DNA of 64,000 nucleotides from Dyella sp. (GTDB lineage Bacteria; Pseudomonadota; Gammaproteobacteria; Xanthomonadales; Rhodanobacteraceae): NCBI RefSeq assembly GCF_036746095.1, contig NZ_DAIOEU010000016.1, positions 3,707 to 67,706 of the forward strand, read 5' to 3'. Shown piece by piece: positions 55,433 to 64,000 of this stretch (position 1 is its first letter; each line of letters starts with the position of its first letter). The notes under the pieces were generated by a model. It saw only the letters and a program-made list of their open reading frames with translations, ran no database searches and was not told where the DNA came from. The position numbers and the translations under genes were made by a program.

Positions 55433-56633
55433 AGCAACGATCCATCCTTCGCAAAAGCTGTCCAAGCGCGGCTTGCGCCGCACAGGCATCGTCATCGCCG
55501 TCATCCTGGCTGGCATCGTGGTGATCGGGTTGATTACGCGCGCGACACAAGCGAACACGTTGAAAACCTGGACGCAGGAACAGGCCGTGCCCACGGTCGA
55601 CGTCGTAGCGCCGGAGCTCGGCAAAACCGGGCCGGTGCTCGATCTGCCCGGCCAACTGCAAGCCTATACGCGCGCGCCGATCTACGCGCAGGTCAGCGGT
55701 TATCTGAAAGCGTGGAAAACCGATATCGGCACACCGGTGAAAGCCGGCGAACTGCTTGGCGAAATCTCCACCCCGGAACTCGATCAGCAACTGCAGCAGG
55801 CGCGCGCCGATCTCGCTAGCACCAAAGCAAATGCCGATCTGGCTGCGGTGACTGCCAAACGCTGGCAGGCGATGCTCAGTAGCGACTCAGTGGCGCAGCA
55901 AGATGTGGATCAGCGCACCGCCGACTACGCCGCCAAGCTTGCGCAGATGAAGGCCGCGCAGGCGAACGTGGATCGCCTGGAAGCGGCCAAGGCGTTTGCG
56001 CGCATCGTCGCGCCGTTCGACGGCGTGGTGACGGCGCGCGATACCGACGTCGGCGCGCTGATCAATTCGGGCGGCGGCACCGGCCCCGAGCTGTTCGTGG
56101 TGTCGGACATCCACAAGCTGCGCGTATACGTGCAGGTACCGCAGCGTTATGCACCGTCGGTTCGTCCCGGCAGCAGCGCCGTGCTGATGGTGCCGGAATA
56201 TCCGGGCCGTGAATTCCATGCGCAGGTGGTCGCGGCCTCCAACGCGGTCAACACCACCTCCGGTACCACCCTCGTGCAGCTGCAAGTCGACAATGCCGAC
56301 GACAAGCTGATGCCTGGCGCGTTCGCACACGTGCGTTTCCATTTGCCGGTGGACACGACCGCGCTGCGCGTGCCGGCCAGCGCGCTGATTTTCGACAACG
56401 CCGGCTTGCGCGTGGCGACCGTCGGCGCCGGCGACAAGGTCGCCTTCAAGCAGGTGAGCATCCTGTTCGACTACGGCAAGACGGTGGAAATCGGCAGTGG
56501 ATTGAGCGCCGATGATCGCGTGATCGACAGTCCGCCCGATGGCATCAAGGATGGCGATGCCGTCAAGCTCGCCACGGACGACATGAAGCTTGCCACCGAA
56601 GACACAACGGCCAAGCCGCATGAAAAAGCGTGA
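55422..56633 (+). CDS. RND membrane fusion (periplasmic adaptor) protein
   Basis: An ATG at 55422 overlaps the RND stop by 11 nt. TM 'GIVIAVILAGIVVIGLI'. 'APIYAQVSGYLKAWKTDIGTPVKAGELLGEI' and 'IVAPFDGVVTARDTDVGALI'. Confidence 0.85.
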   Translation: MSSEATIHPSQKLSKRGLRRTGIVIAVILAGIVVIGLITRATQANTLKTWTQEQAVPTVDVVAPELGKTGPVLDLPGQLQAYTRAPIYAQVSGYLKAWKTDIGTPVKAGELLGEISTPELDQQLQQARADLASTKANADLAAVTAKRWQAMLSSDSVAQQDVDQRTADYAAKLAQMKAAQANVDRLEAAKAFARIVAPFDGVVTARDTDVGALINSGGGTGPELFVVSDIHKLRVYVQVPQRYAPSVRPGSSAVLMVPEYPGREFHAQVVAASNAVNTTSGTTLVQLQVDNADDKLMPGAFAHVRFHLPVDTTALRVPASALIFDNAGLRVATVGAGDKVAFKQVSILFDYGKTVEIGSGLSADDRVIDSPPDGIKDGDAVKLATDDMKLATEDTTAKPHEKA

Positions 56634-58047
56634 GTCTCTTCTTGCGATGATGATCGCCGCGGCACTGGGCGGATGCTCGCTGGCGCCGGCCTATCACCCG
56701 CCGGCGACACCGCCAGCGCAGGCGTATCGCGACGTTGGCCCTTGGATCGGCGCGCAGCCGTCCGATCAGCTACCGCGCGAGAGCTGGTGGCAGCTGTACA
56801 GCGACGCCGAACTGGATGCATTGCAGGTCAAGCTGCTGGCGAACAATGCTGACCTGGCGGCTGCGCTGGCGCACTACCAGCAAGCCCAGGCCTTTGCGAT
56901 GCAGGCACGCTCCGAACTGTTTCCGCAGATCGGCGCAGGAGCCACTGGCGTACGCCAGCGCCAGTCCGATCACGCGCCGCCGGTGCGCAATCCTTCCGCG
57001 CCCGCCGACTACAACAGCTACAGCGTGGGCGCGCAGGCCAGTTATGAAGTCGACCTGTGGGGCCGCGTGCGCAACACGGTCGAAGCCGGCCGCGACAACG
57101 CGCTCGCCGCGCAAGCCGATCTCGCTTCCGCGCAACTGAGCCTGCAAGCCCAGCTTGCCGACAGCTACGTGCAGCTGCGGGGCCTCGATCAGCAGATCGA
57201 GCTGTTGCAGCAAACCATCCAGGCCTACGAGAAAGCGCTGAAACTGACGCAGACGCTGCATGGTGGCGGCATCGTTTCCGGCCTCGACGTCTCGCGCGCG
57301 CAGACGCAGCTTTCCGATGCGCGTTCGCAGTGGTCGCAGACGCTGGCTCAGCGTGCGCTGATGCAGGACACGATCGCCGTACTGGTCGGAGAGCACGCCG
57401 CCAACTTCAGCCTGCCGGCGCGTACCGAGCCGATGCCGGTACCGACAGTGCCGCTCGGCGTGCCATCCACGCTGCTGCAACGCCGGCCCGACATCGCCGC
57501 AGCAGAGCGTCGTGTCGCTGCGGCCAACGCGGGCATTGGCGTGGCGCGCGCGGCATGGTTTCCATCGCTCACGCTCAATGCGCAAGGCGGCTACCAAAGC
57601 ACCGGCTGGGCCAATTTGCTCACCGCCGGCAATCGCATCTGGGCCTTGGGGCCGATGCTGGCGCTGGATCTGTTCGACGGCGGCTATCGCAAGGCCACCA
57701 TCCAGGCTGCCAAGGCGAAAACCGACGAAGCCGGCGCCATCTATCGCGGCGTGGTGCTGGGCGCCTTCCAGCAAGTGCAGGATAATCTCGCGCTACTCGA
57801 TCACCTCGGCACCGCCAGCGCCAATCAGAAAGATGCAGCCGACGCCGCGCAGCACGCCCTGGATCTGTCCATGTCGCAATACAAACACGGCGCGGTGAGC
57901 TATCTGGACGTGGTGCAGGCGCAGACGGTCGCGCTGCAGGAAAAGCGTGGCCTGCTCGACCTGGACACGCAGCGCTTGCGCGCCAGCGTGCAGCTGATCC
58001 GTGCATTGGGCGGTGGCTGGTCCACCGATCAACTCGCCCAAAAGTAG
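56620..58047 (+). CDS. efflux outer-membrane factor lipoprotein (NodT family)
   Basis: An ATG at 56620 overlaps the MFP stop by 14 nt. Lipobox 'MMIAAALGGCSL'. 'WWQLYSDAELDAL', 'DLWGRVRN' and 'ALGGGW'. Confidence 0.85.
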   Translation: MKKRESLLAMMIAAALGGCSLAPAYHPPATPPAQAYRDVGPWIGAQPSDQLPRESWWQLYSDAELDALQVKLLANNADLAAALAHYQQAQAFAMQARSELFPQIGAGATGVRQRQSDHAPPVRNPSAPADYNSYSVGAQASYEVDLWGRVRNTVEAGRDNALAAQADLASAQLSLQAQLADSYVQLRGLDQQIELLQQTIQAYEKALKLTQTLHGGGIVSGLDVSRAQTQLSDARSQWSQTLAQRALMQDTIAVLVGEHAANFSLPARTEPMPVPTVPLGVPSTLLQRRPDIAAAERRVAAANAGIGVARAAWFPSLTLNAQGGYQSTGWANLLTAGNRIWALGPMLALDLFDGGYRKATIQAAKAKTDEAGAIYRGVVLGAFQQVQDNLALLDHLGTASANQKDAADAAQHALDLSMSQYKHGAVSYLDVVQAQTVALQEKRGLLDLDTQRLRASVQLIRALGGGWSTDQLAQK

Positions 58048-58262
58048 CGGTGTGGCCTTGTAGGTTGGGGTGAGCGAACGCGAGCCCCATCATTCACGCA
58101 TCCACAGACCATGTCGGGTTCGGCATTGGCCTCACCCTAACCTACCCACTGTCATCAAACTGCCGCCGTGGGCGCGCCAAACTTGCCAATGCGCTACCCA
58201 GCAGCCGGGTCGCCGGCACCCATCGCACCGGTGGCGACCGCATCGCAAGCGCGGGAGGTGAC

Positions 58263-58940
58263 ATGCGGATCCTGGTGGTGGAAGACGATCTCGAAACGGC
58301 TGCCTATCTGAAAACCAGTCTTGCCGGCACGGCAACGGCCGTCGATTGCACGCACGATGGATCGGCCGGTTGGCAGTTGGCGTACAGCGGTGATTACGAT
58401 CTGCTGGTGGTGGACCGCATGCTGCCGCATATCGATGGCGTCTCGCTGGTGCGCCACTTGCGTGCGGAGGGCAGGCAGACGCCGGTGTTGATGCTTTCGG
58501 CCCTGGGCGAATGCGATGCCCGTGTGGAAGGCCTGGAAGCCGGCGCGGATGATTACCTGGGCAAGCCTTTTGCGCTCAGCGAATTGAAGGCGCGCATCGG
58601 TGCGTTGGCACGCCGGTTGCCGGCGCTGGATGCGAATGCGCGCCTGTCCGTGGCTGACCTGCAGCTGGACCTGCGTACGCGTGAAGCAAGCCGCGCGCAG
58701 CAGCCGATCGAATTGCAGCCACGTGAATTCCGCCTGCTGGAATATCTGATGAAGCAGGCCGGCAAAGTGGTGACGCGTTCCATGTTGCTGGAACATGTGT
58801 GGGAATTCCATTTCGATCCGCAAACCAGCGTGGTGGAAACCCACATCAGCCGCTTGCGCGCAAAGATCGATCGCGGTTATGCCGTACCGTTGCTGCACAC
58901 CATTCGCGGCACCGGGTATTGCCTGCGTGCGCCCGATTAG
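58263..58940 (+). CDS. OmpR-family response regulator
   Basis: 'MRILVVEDD...DLLVVDRMLPHIDG' plus the winged helix 'LQPREFRLLEYLM...RGTGYCL'. Confidence 0.9.
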   Translation: MRILVVEDDLETAAYLKTSLAGTATAVDCTHDGSAGWQLAYSGDYDLLVVDRMLPHIDGVSLVRHLRAEGRQTPVLMLSALGECDARVEGLEAGADDYLGKPFALSELKARIGALARRLPALDANARLSVADLQLDLRTREASRAQQPIELQPREFRLLEYLMKQAGKVVTRSMLLEHVWEFHFDPQTSVVETHISRLRAKIDRGYAVPLLHTIRGTGYCLRAPD

Positions 58941-60276
58941 CTTCCTCCGCACGGCCACGTTTCGCATGGCCGTCTTGCAGGCCATGCTGTTCGCCTGTGT
59001 GGTCGCCGGCTTGTTCAGCCTGGTATGGCATGAAATCCACACTTACGTGGCCGATCAATTGCATATCGCCGTGCAAGTGGAAACCGCAAGCCTGCGCGAG
59101 GCGGCGCGCGACGGCATGCTTGCGCCGCAAATCCGCCAGCGCCTGTCGGTCAAGCAGGAAGGCGCCGACTACTATCTGTTGAGTAACGAGGACGGGCAGC
59201 GCATCGCCGGCAATCTGCTGTTTCATCCTGCCGCCGCCGGCTGGCAACGCGTACCGATCCACGACGCCATCGGCATCCACGCGCATCACGCCACGCAGGT
59301 GGATCTGTTGGTGACGCCGCTGGATGGCGGACACTGGTTGACGGTGGGGCGGGACAACCGCGATATCGGCGAGCTCGATGAAGATCTCGGGCGCTACTTC
59401 TTCGTAAGCGTGGGCGCGGCGATGCTGTTCGCCCTGCTCTCGGGCGGCATTGCCGGCCATGTCTTCGTGAAATCGGTCGATAGCCTGAGCGCACGCGCCG
59501 AACGCATCGTTGCCGGCGAAGAAGCCGGCCCCTTGCGCCTGAAGCGAGGCAGCGAGGAATTCGTGCAGTTGGCCGCACGGCTCAACCGCATGCTCGAACG
59601 CATGCACACGTTGATGGAAAACATGCGGCAGGTTTCCAACGACATCGCGCACGACCTGCGTACGCCGCTCACTCGCCTGCGCCAGCGCCTGGAGTCAGCC
59701 TGCGAGGAACAACACGGGCCCGCGCGGCAACGCCAAACGATCGAGCGCTGCATCGTGGAAGTCGATCAGGTGCTGGCGACATTCGGCGCGCTGCTGCGCA
59801 TTTCCCGCGTCCAGGCGCGCGAGCGCCGGGCGGGTTTCATGCCCATGGACCTGTCCGAGCTGTTCACGTCGATGGCCGAGGTCTACCGGCCTGTGGCTGA
59901 GGATACGGGGCGTATCGTCGACGCCAACATCCAACCGGGGCTTGCCTTCAAAGGTGATCGCGCGCTCATCACGCAGATGCTCGCCAACCTGATCGAGAAC
60001 GCGATTCATCACACGCCAACGGGAACGCGCATCACCGTGTCGCTGATACAGACCATGCAGGGTGTCGTCGGTTGTATCGAGGACACCGGCCCCGGCATTC
60101 CATCGCAAGCGCATCAGCGCGTGTTCAATCGCTTCGTGCGGCTGGACAGCAGCCGCACCTCGCCGGGCAGTGGCCTTGGCCTGGCGCTGGTGGCGGCGAT
60201 TGCCCAATTGCACCGCATTGCGCTGAACCTCGCGGACCGCCGGCCGGGATTGGCCGTCGAAATGCGCTTTACATAA
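58927..60276 (+). CDS. sensor histidine kinase
   Basis: A GTG at 58927 overlaps the response-regulator stop; the start is uncertain and an ATG at 58966 is an alternative. H-box 'SNDIAHDLRTPLTRL', N-box 'ANLIENAIHHT', G-box 'GSGLGLALV'. Confidence 0.85.
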   Translation: MRPISFLRTATFRMAVLQAMLFACVVAGLFSLVWHEIHTYVADQLHIAVQVETASLREAARDGMLAPQIRQRLSVKQEGADYYLLSNEDGQRIAGNLLFHPAAAGWQRVPIHDAIGIHAHHATQVDLLVTPLDGGHWLTVGRDNRDIGELDEDLGRYFFVSVGAAMLFALLSGGIAGHVFVKSVDSLSARAERIVAGEEAGPLRLKRGSEEFVQLAARLNRMLERMHTLMENMRQVSNDIAHDLRTPLTRLRQRLESACEEQHGPARQRQTIERCIVEVDQVLATFGALLRISRVQARERRAGFMPMDLSELFTSMAEVYRPVAEDTGRIVDANIQPGLAFKGDRALITQMLANLIENAIHHTPTGTRITVSLIQTMQGVVGCIEDTGPGIPSQAHQRVFNRFVRLDSSRTSPGSGLGLALVAAIAQLHRIALNLADRRPGLAVEMRFT

Positions 60277-60458
60277 GCTGGAATGAAATCCCGGCTTTCG
60301 CGACGTTCCCATACCGGGATTACACATGCCATTCAGCCGGAAGCTTACGAATTCGTATAGTGGCTGCATTCTCGCTGTCATCGCGCTCGCCTACGTTGAT
60401 GGCTTTCGTGAGTGGTCCGAGTGACGACCACGCACGGGTCGTCCATAGCGAGGAAAAT

Positions 60459-63353
60459 ATGATGTCTCTTGCACGTGCTTGCCGCATGGCCCTGGGATTC
60501 GTGGTGCTGGCGATGCCGGTCGTGGTGCTGGCGGCGCCAAGCGGCGTCAATGGCCATGTTGAGACGGCCAATACGCATGCGCCGGTGGCTGGCGCGCAAG
60601 TCGAGCTGCGCGAAGCGCAACGCAGCGCCACCACCGACCGCAACGGCAATTTCAGCCTCGCCAACGTGGCGCCGGGGGTCTACACCCTGGTGATCAGCAT
60701 GCCCGGCCAGGCTGAGCTGGAACGGCAGATCACCGTGCGCGAAAGCGCGCCCGCGGTCGAAAATTTCGTCGTGGGCAACGACGTGAAATCGCTGGGCCAG
60801 GTTCGCGTGGTCGCCGCCGCCACACCCGATGAGGAGGCGCGCGCGCAACAGCAACTGGCGCCGAACATGGTGTTCGTGCAGCCGCAGGCCGCCATCGAAC
60901 GGCTGCCCGACGTCAACGCGGGCGAAGCGGTGCGCCGCTTGCCCGGCGTTTCGCTGGAAACCGATACCGGCGAAGGCCGCTTCGTCAACATTCGCGGGCT
61001 GGACGCCGATCTCAACAGCACCACCTTCGACGGCGTGCGCATGATGCCCACCAACACCGCCTCGCCGGCCGGCGGCGGCCGCGCGGTGGCGTTCGACTCG
61101 ATCCCCGCGGGCCTGGTCGGTTCGCTCACCATCACCAACACCAATCTGCCGGACCAGGACGCCGAAGCGCTCGGCGGCACGATCGACATCACTTCCAAAC
61201 AGATGCCGAAGGACAAGGACCAGTTCATCGATCTGCAACTGGGCACCGGCCTGGAAAACCTGCGTGACACGCCGATCCACGACTATCAAATGACCGGCGG
61301 CTTGCGCTTCGGCCCAAGCGCCAACTACAAGCCGTTCTCGGTCATCGGCACCGTGAACTATTACCAGGACCATCGCGGCATTGACGACGTCGAAGCGGGC
61401 TACGTCGATCAGCAGGGCGCAGGCGTGCCGGACAAAGCATTTGCGGCGTTGGACCAGCGCTTCTACAACTATCAGCGCACGCGCCTGGGCTACGGCGTGG
61501 AATTCGACTTCCAGCCAGATGAAGACAACAAGTGGTATGCGCGCTACTTCGACGCCGGCTATACCGAGCGCAAGAGCCGCGACAACCTGATCTTCAATTT
61601 CGCCGGTGCGCCGGTAGTCGATCCCAACAACCCCGACGGAATGATCGATGATGCCAGCTATCAACGCGGCAATCAGCACGAAAAGGAAACCATCGATTCG
61701 CGCGTAGCCATGATCGGCGGTCAGAACGACTTCCACAGCTGGCGTACCGACTACCACGTGGCGATGTCGATCGGCTCCTACAACATGCCGTACAACTACA
61801 ATTCGACGTTCGTGAATGGAAGTCCGAACCCGAACAATGTGGATGGCTCCGGCCAGGCCATCATCGCCTACGACAACATCACCCGTCCCAACGTACCCGG
61901 CTACAGCATCCTGCAAGGGCAGAACCCCGCCAACCCCAGCGGATACACCTTGAGCGACTACAGCGCCGGCACCCAGCATGACCACGATCAGGAATACAAG
62001 CTCGGCGATAACGTCACTGTGCCGACGCACTGGTTTTCGACCAGCACGGATGAATTCCTCAAGTTCGGCGTGAACGCGCGCCTGCGTAGCCGCCACGGCG
62101 CACAAAACAACTACGATTACAACCCGCCGGCCTTGCCGTTGTCCGATGCCGTGCAGGGAGGCCCGATCACGTACTACAACGGCCATTACGACATCGGCCC
62201 CTTGATCAATCCGCAAACCCTCATCAATCTGCTCAGCAGCAACCCCGGTACGTTCGTCGAAAACACGGCCAACGATTTTCTCGCCGACCTGCAATCGCAG
62301 GCGCGCGACCGCGAGAACATCTTCGCCGGCTACGCCGAGTACCAATTCCAGCCGGTGGACAAGCTGAGCATTCTCGGCGGCGTGCGCTACGAGGCAACGC
62401 GGGCGCGCTATGAAGGCCTGAATGTCGTGACCAACAATGGCAACCTGGCCAGCTATTCGCCGAATGTCATCCAGCGTAACTACGGCAACGTGTTTCCATC
62501 GCTGCAGCTGAAATACAGTTTCCAGCCCGACCTGATCGGCCGCGTGGTGTACTCGAAAACCATCGCTCGCCCAGGCTTCCAGCAAGTCACGCCCGCCACC
62601 CAGGTGGACGACGTCAACGATACGGTGTCGCAAGGCAACCCGGCACTCAAGCCCACCTACAGCGACAACATCGACGCCTCGCTCGAGTATTACCTGCCGG
62701 AAGGTGGCCTGGCCTACGCTGGATTTTTCGACAAAGAACTGACCAACTACATCGTGCCGTTGGCCTCGGTCCAGACGATCGCCAACCCGGCGGGCATTCT
62801 GGACGTATTCGCGCCCGGCACGCTGGTCACGTTCAGCGGCTACGAAAACATTTCTTCCGCGTTTGCTCGTGGCTTGCAGCTGGTCTATGTCGACCGCTTC
62901 CGTTGGTTGCCCGGTGCGCTCAGCGGCTTGGGCGTGAATACCAACTTTACCTATGTCGATTCGCGCATCCAGATTCATCCCGGCTTGTATTCGCAGCTGC
63001 CGTCGACGTCCCGCGATACGGCCAATGTTTCCTTGACCTACGAGTACCAGGGTTTGCGCCTGGATCTTGGCGCTTATTACGAAAGCAAGAATATCTTTGC
63101 GCTGGGGGGCCCGCTGTACACCCAGGCGGACGGCACGCCATCGGGCGTCTATGCCGACCAGTATTCGTCAGCACGCACCTCGCTGGATTTCGGCGCGAGC
63201 TATGCGTTCAACGACACGTTCTCGATGTATTTCGGCGCCAAGAACCTCACCAATACCAAGCTGCGGTTTACGGAAACCTCCAGCAACAACCGGCCCATCC
63301 AGCGAGAGTTTTACGATCAGACCTTTACGGCCGGGATACGCATTCATTTGTGA
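60459..63353 (+). CDS. TonB-dependent receptor with N-terminal carboxypeptidase-regulatory-like domain
   Basis: ATG at 60459 after 'gaggaaaat'. Signal 'LGFVVLAMPVVVLAA'. 'TDRNGNFSLANVAPGVYTLVISMPG'. Plug 'EAVRRLPGVSLETDTGEGRFVNIRGL'. The C-terminus ends '...TFTAGIRIHL'. Confidence 0.85.
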   Translation: MMSLARACRMALGFVVLAMPVVVLAAPSGVNGHVETANTHAPVAGAQVELREAQRSATTDRNGNFSLANVAPGVYTLVISMPGQAELERQITVRESAPAVENFVVGNDVKSLGQVRVVAAATPDEEARAQQQLAPNMVFVQPQAAIERLPDVNAGEAVRRLPGVSLETDTGEGRFVNIRGLDADLNSTTFDGVRMMPTNTASPAGGGRAVAFDSIPAGLVGSLTITNTNLPDQDAEALGGTIDITSKQMPKDKDQFIDLQLGTGLENLRDTPIHDYQMTGGLRFGPSANYKPFSVIGTVNYYQDHRGIDDVEAGYVDQQGAGVPDKAFAALDQRFYNYQRTRLGYGVEFDFQPDEDNKWYARYFDAGYTERKSRDNLIFNFAGAPVVDPNNPDGMIDDASYQRGNQHEKETIDSRVAMIGGQNDFHSWRTDYHVAMSIGSYNMPYNYNSTFVNGSPNPNNVDGSGQAIIAYDNITRPNVPGYSILQGQNPANPSGYTLSDYSAGTQHDHDQEYKLGDNVTVPTHWFSTSTDEFLKFGVNARLRSRHGAQNNYDYNPPALPLSDAVQGGPITYYNGHYDIGPLINPQTLINLLSSNPGTFVENTANDFLADLQSQARDRENIFAGYAEYQFQPVDKLSILGGVRYEATRARYEGLNVVTNNGNLASYSPNVIQRNYGNVFPSLQLKYSFQPDLIGRVVYSKTIARPGFQQVTPATQVDDVNDTVSQGNPALKPTYSDNIDASLEYYLPEGGLAYAGFFDKELTNYIVPLASVQTIANPAGILDVFAPGTLVTFSGYENISSAFARGLQLVYVDRFRWLPGALSGLGVNTNFTYVDSRIQIHPGLYSQLPSTSRDTANVSLTYEYQGLRLDLGAYYESKNIFALGGPLYTQADGTPSGVYADQYSSARTSLDFGASYAFNDTFSMYFGAKNLTNTKLRFTETSSNNRPIQREFYDQTFTAGIRIHL

Positions 63354-63395
63354 TATCTGATGTGATATCTGATTTTCAGTCGCCTCACATCCAAT

Positions 63396-63433
63396 ACCCG
63401 TCATCCCGGCGAAGGCCGGAATGATGTACGGGT
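63396..63433. repeat. single REP hairpin after the TBDR gene
   Basis: 'acccgtcatcccggc gaag gccggaatgatgtacgggt'. Confidence 0.7.
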
Positions 63434-63484
63434 TCCAGCGAGCACAGGCAATCCTGCTCCGACCTTCGCGTGCACATCCCGGCC

Positions 63485-64000
63485 ATGAGGATTCCAGTGA
63501 AGACGACCGTTCGCGAGCGCAACATCTGGAGCCTGTTGGTATGGGCATGGCTGCTGGCATTCCCCGCACACGCTACGGAAAACGCCGCGCCCGGTGCGCT
63601 GCGCTTGGTGATCGTGCTAAGCCGCCATGGCGTACGTTCACCCACCACGGCACCTGCACGACTGGACGCGTATTCCCGCGATGCATGGCCAGCATGGCCG
63701 GTGCCGCCGGGTTATCTCACGCCGCACGGCAAGCAGCTGATGGCGATCATGGGGCACTGGTATCGCGCGCACTACGCACAGGCGGGGTTGTTGCCGGCCG
63801 ACGGATGCGTGGCTTCTGCACTATCCGTCGTCGCCGATGACGAACAGCGCACCATCGAATCCGCACACGGAATGATGGATGGTTTCGATCCGCACTGTCC
63901 CGTCACCATCCAGGTCGCGCCAAGGAAGGGTGCGGACGCGCTGTTTGCGCATGATTTTTCCAGCGCTAGCGCCATCTCCCGCGATCAGGCCCAAGCCGCA
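63485..64000 (+). CDS. histidine acid phosphatase (AppA/phytase-like), 3'-truncated by the window end
   Basis: This ORF is not in the supplied track because no stop falls within the window. My own translation from ATG 63485 is 'MRIPVKTTVRERNIWSLLVWAWLLAFPAHA...LRLVIVLSRHGVRSPT...LTPHGKQLM'. It contains the RHGxRxP catalytic motif and stays open to nt 64000. Confidence 0.8.
   Translation, partial: MRIPVKTTVRERNIWSLLVWAWLLAFPAHATENAAPGALRLVIVLSRHGVRSPTTAPARLDAYSRDAWPAWPVPPGYLTPHGKQLMAIMGHWYRAHYAQAGLLPADGCVASALSVVADDEQRTIESAHGMMDGFDPHCPVTIQVAPRKGADALFAHDFSSASAISRDQAQAA

Noticed and set aside
60378-62978. An 866-aa ORF on the minus strand.
   Set aside because: It is antisense to the TonB-dependent receptor gene. 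It shows the same GC-driven open-frame artefact, and its composition is dominated by R, A, G, V and H.
1-64000. A search by eye for rRNA, tRNA, tmRNA, CRISPR arrays, IS transposases and integrases.
   Set aside because: I recognised none. tRNA and sRNA detection by eye is unreliable, so tRNAscan-SE/Infernal and ISfinder searches would be needed to exclude them.

Overview
This is a high-GC chromosomal segment, roughly 65% by eye. It looks like a gamma-proteobacterium of the Xanthomonadales/Lysobacterales type, possibly Rhodanobacteraceae. That placement is inferred only from gene content and from abundant palindromic 'GTCATTCC(C/G)GCGAA(A/G)GC(C/G)GGAATCC' repeats, which translate to the spurious 'IPAFAGMT' peptides. 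I could not run any database search.

Gene content, left to right:
- A secreted-enzyme block: lipocalin-like protein, TAT multicopper oxidase, PLC/AcpA-type phosphoesterase, and a protein carrying a CxxCH motif.
- An orphan array of three phage-tail-collar paralogues plus a GNAT acetyltransferase.
- A 1803-aa autotransporter whose passenger domain is built from 519-bp tandem FN3/Ig repeats.
- Two tandem RND permease paralogues with no adaptor or outer-membrane gene beside them.
- btuB preceded by a clear cobalamin riboswitch.
- A lower-GC islet holding two paralogous HExxH metalloprotease-like genes and a decayed third copy.
- A GntR regulator next to the Entner-Doudoroff operon (zwf-pgl-edd-eda), which is interrupted by repeat elements.
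- An S10 carboxypeptidase and several small enzymes.
- A low-GC toxin-antitoxin/MazG islet in which two genes are broken at homopolymer runs.
- A 1531-aa Lhr helicase that carries in-frame hairpin-repeat insertions.
- An AraC regulator, a MarR-OMF-EmrA-EmrB efflux operon, PagL, and a LysR regulator.
- An RND-MFP-OMF operon, a two-component system, a TonB-dependent receptor, and a partial histidine acid phosphatase that runs off the 3' end.

I recognised no rRNA, tRNA, CRISPR array, transposase or integrase.

The most interesting candidates for uncharacterised biology are the HExxH effector-like islet, the antitoxin/unknown/MazG cassette, the tail-collar triplet, the repeat-built autotransporter, and the repeat insertions inside lhr.
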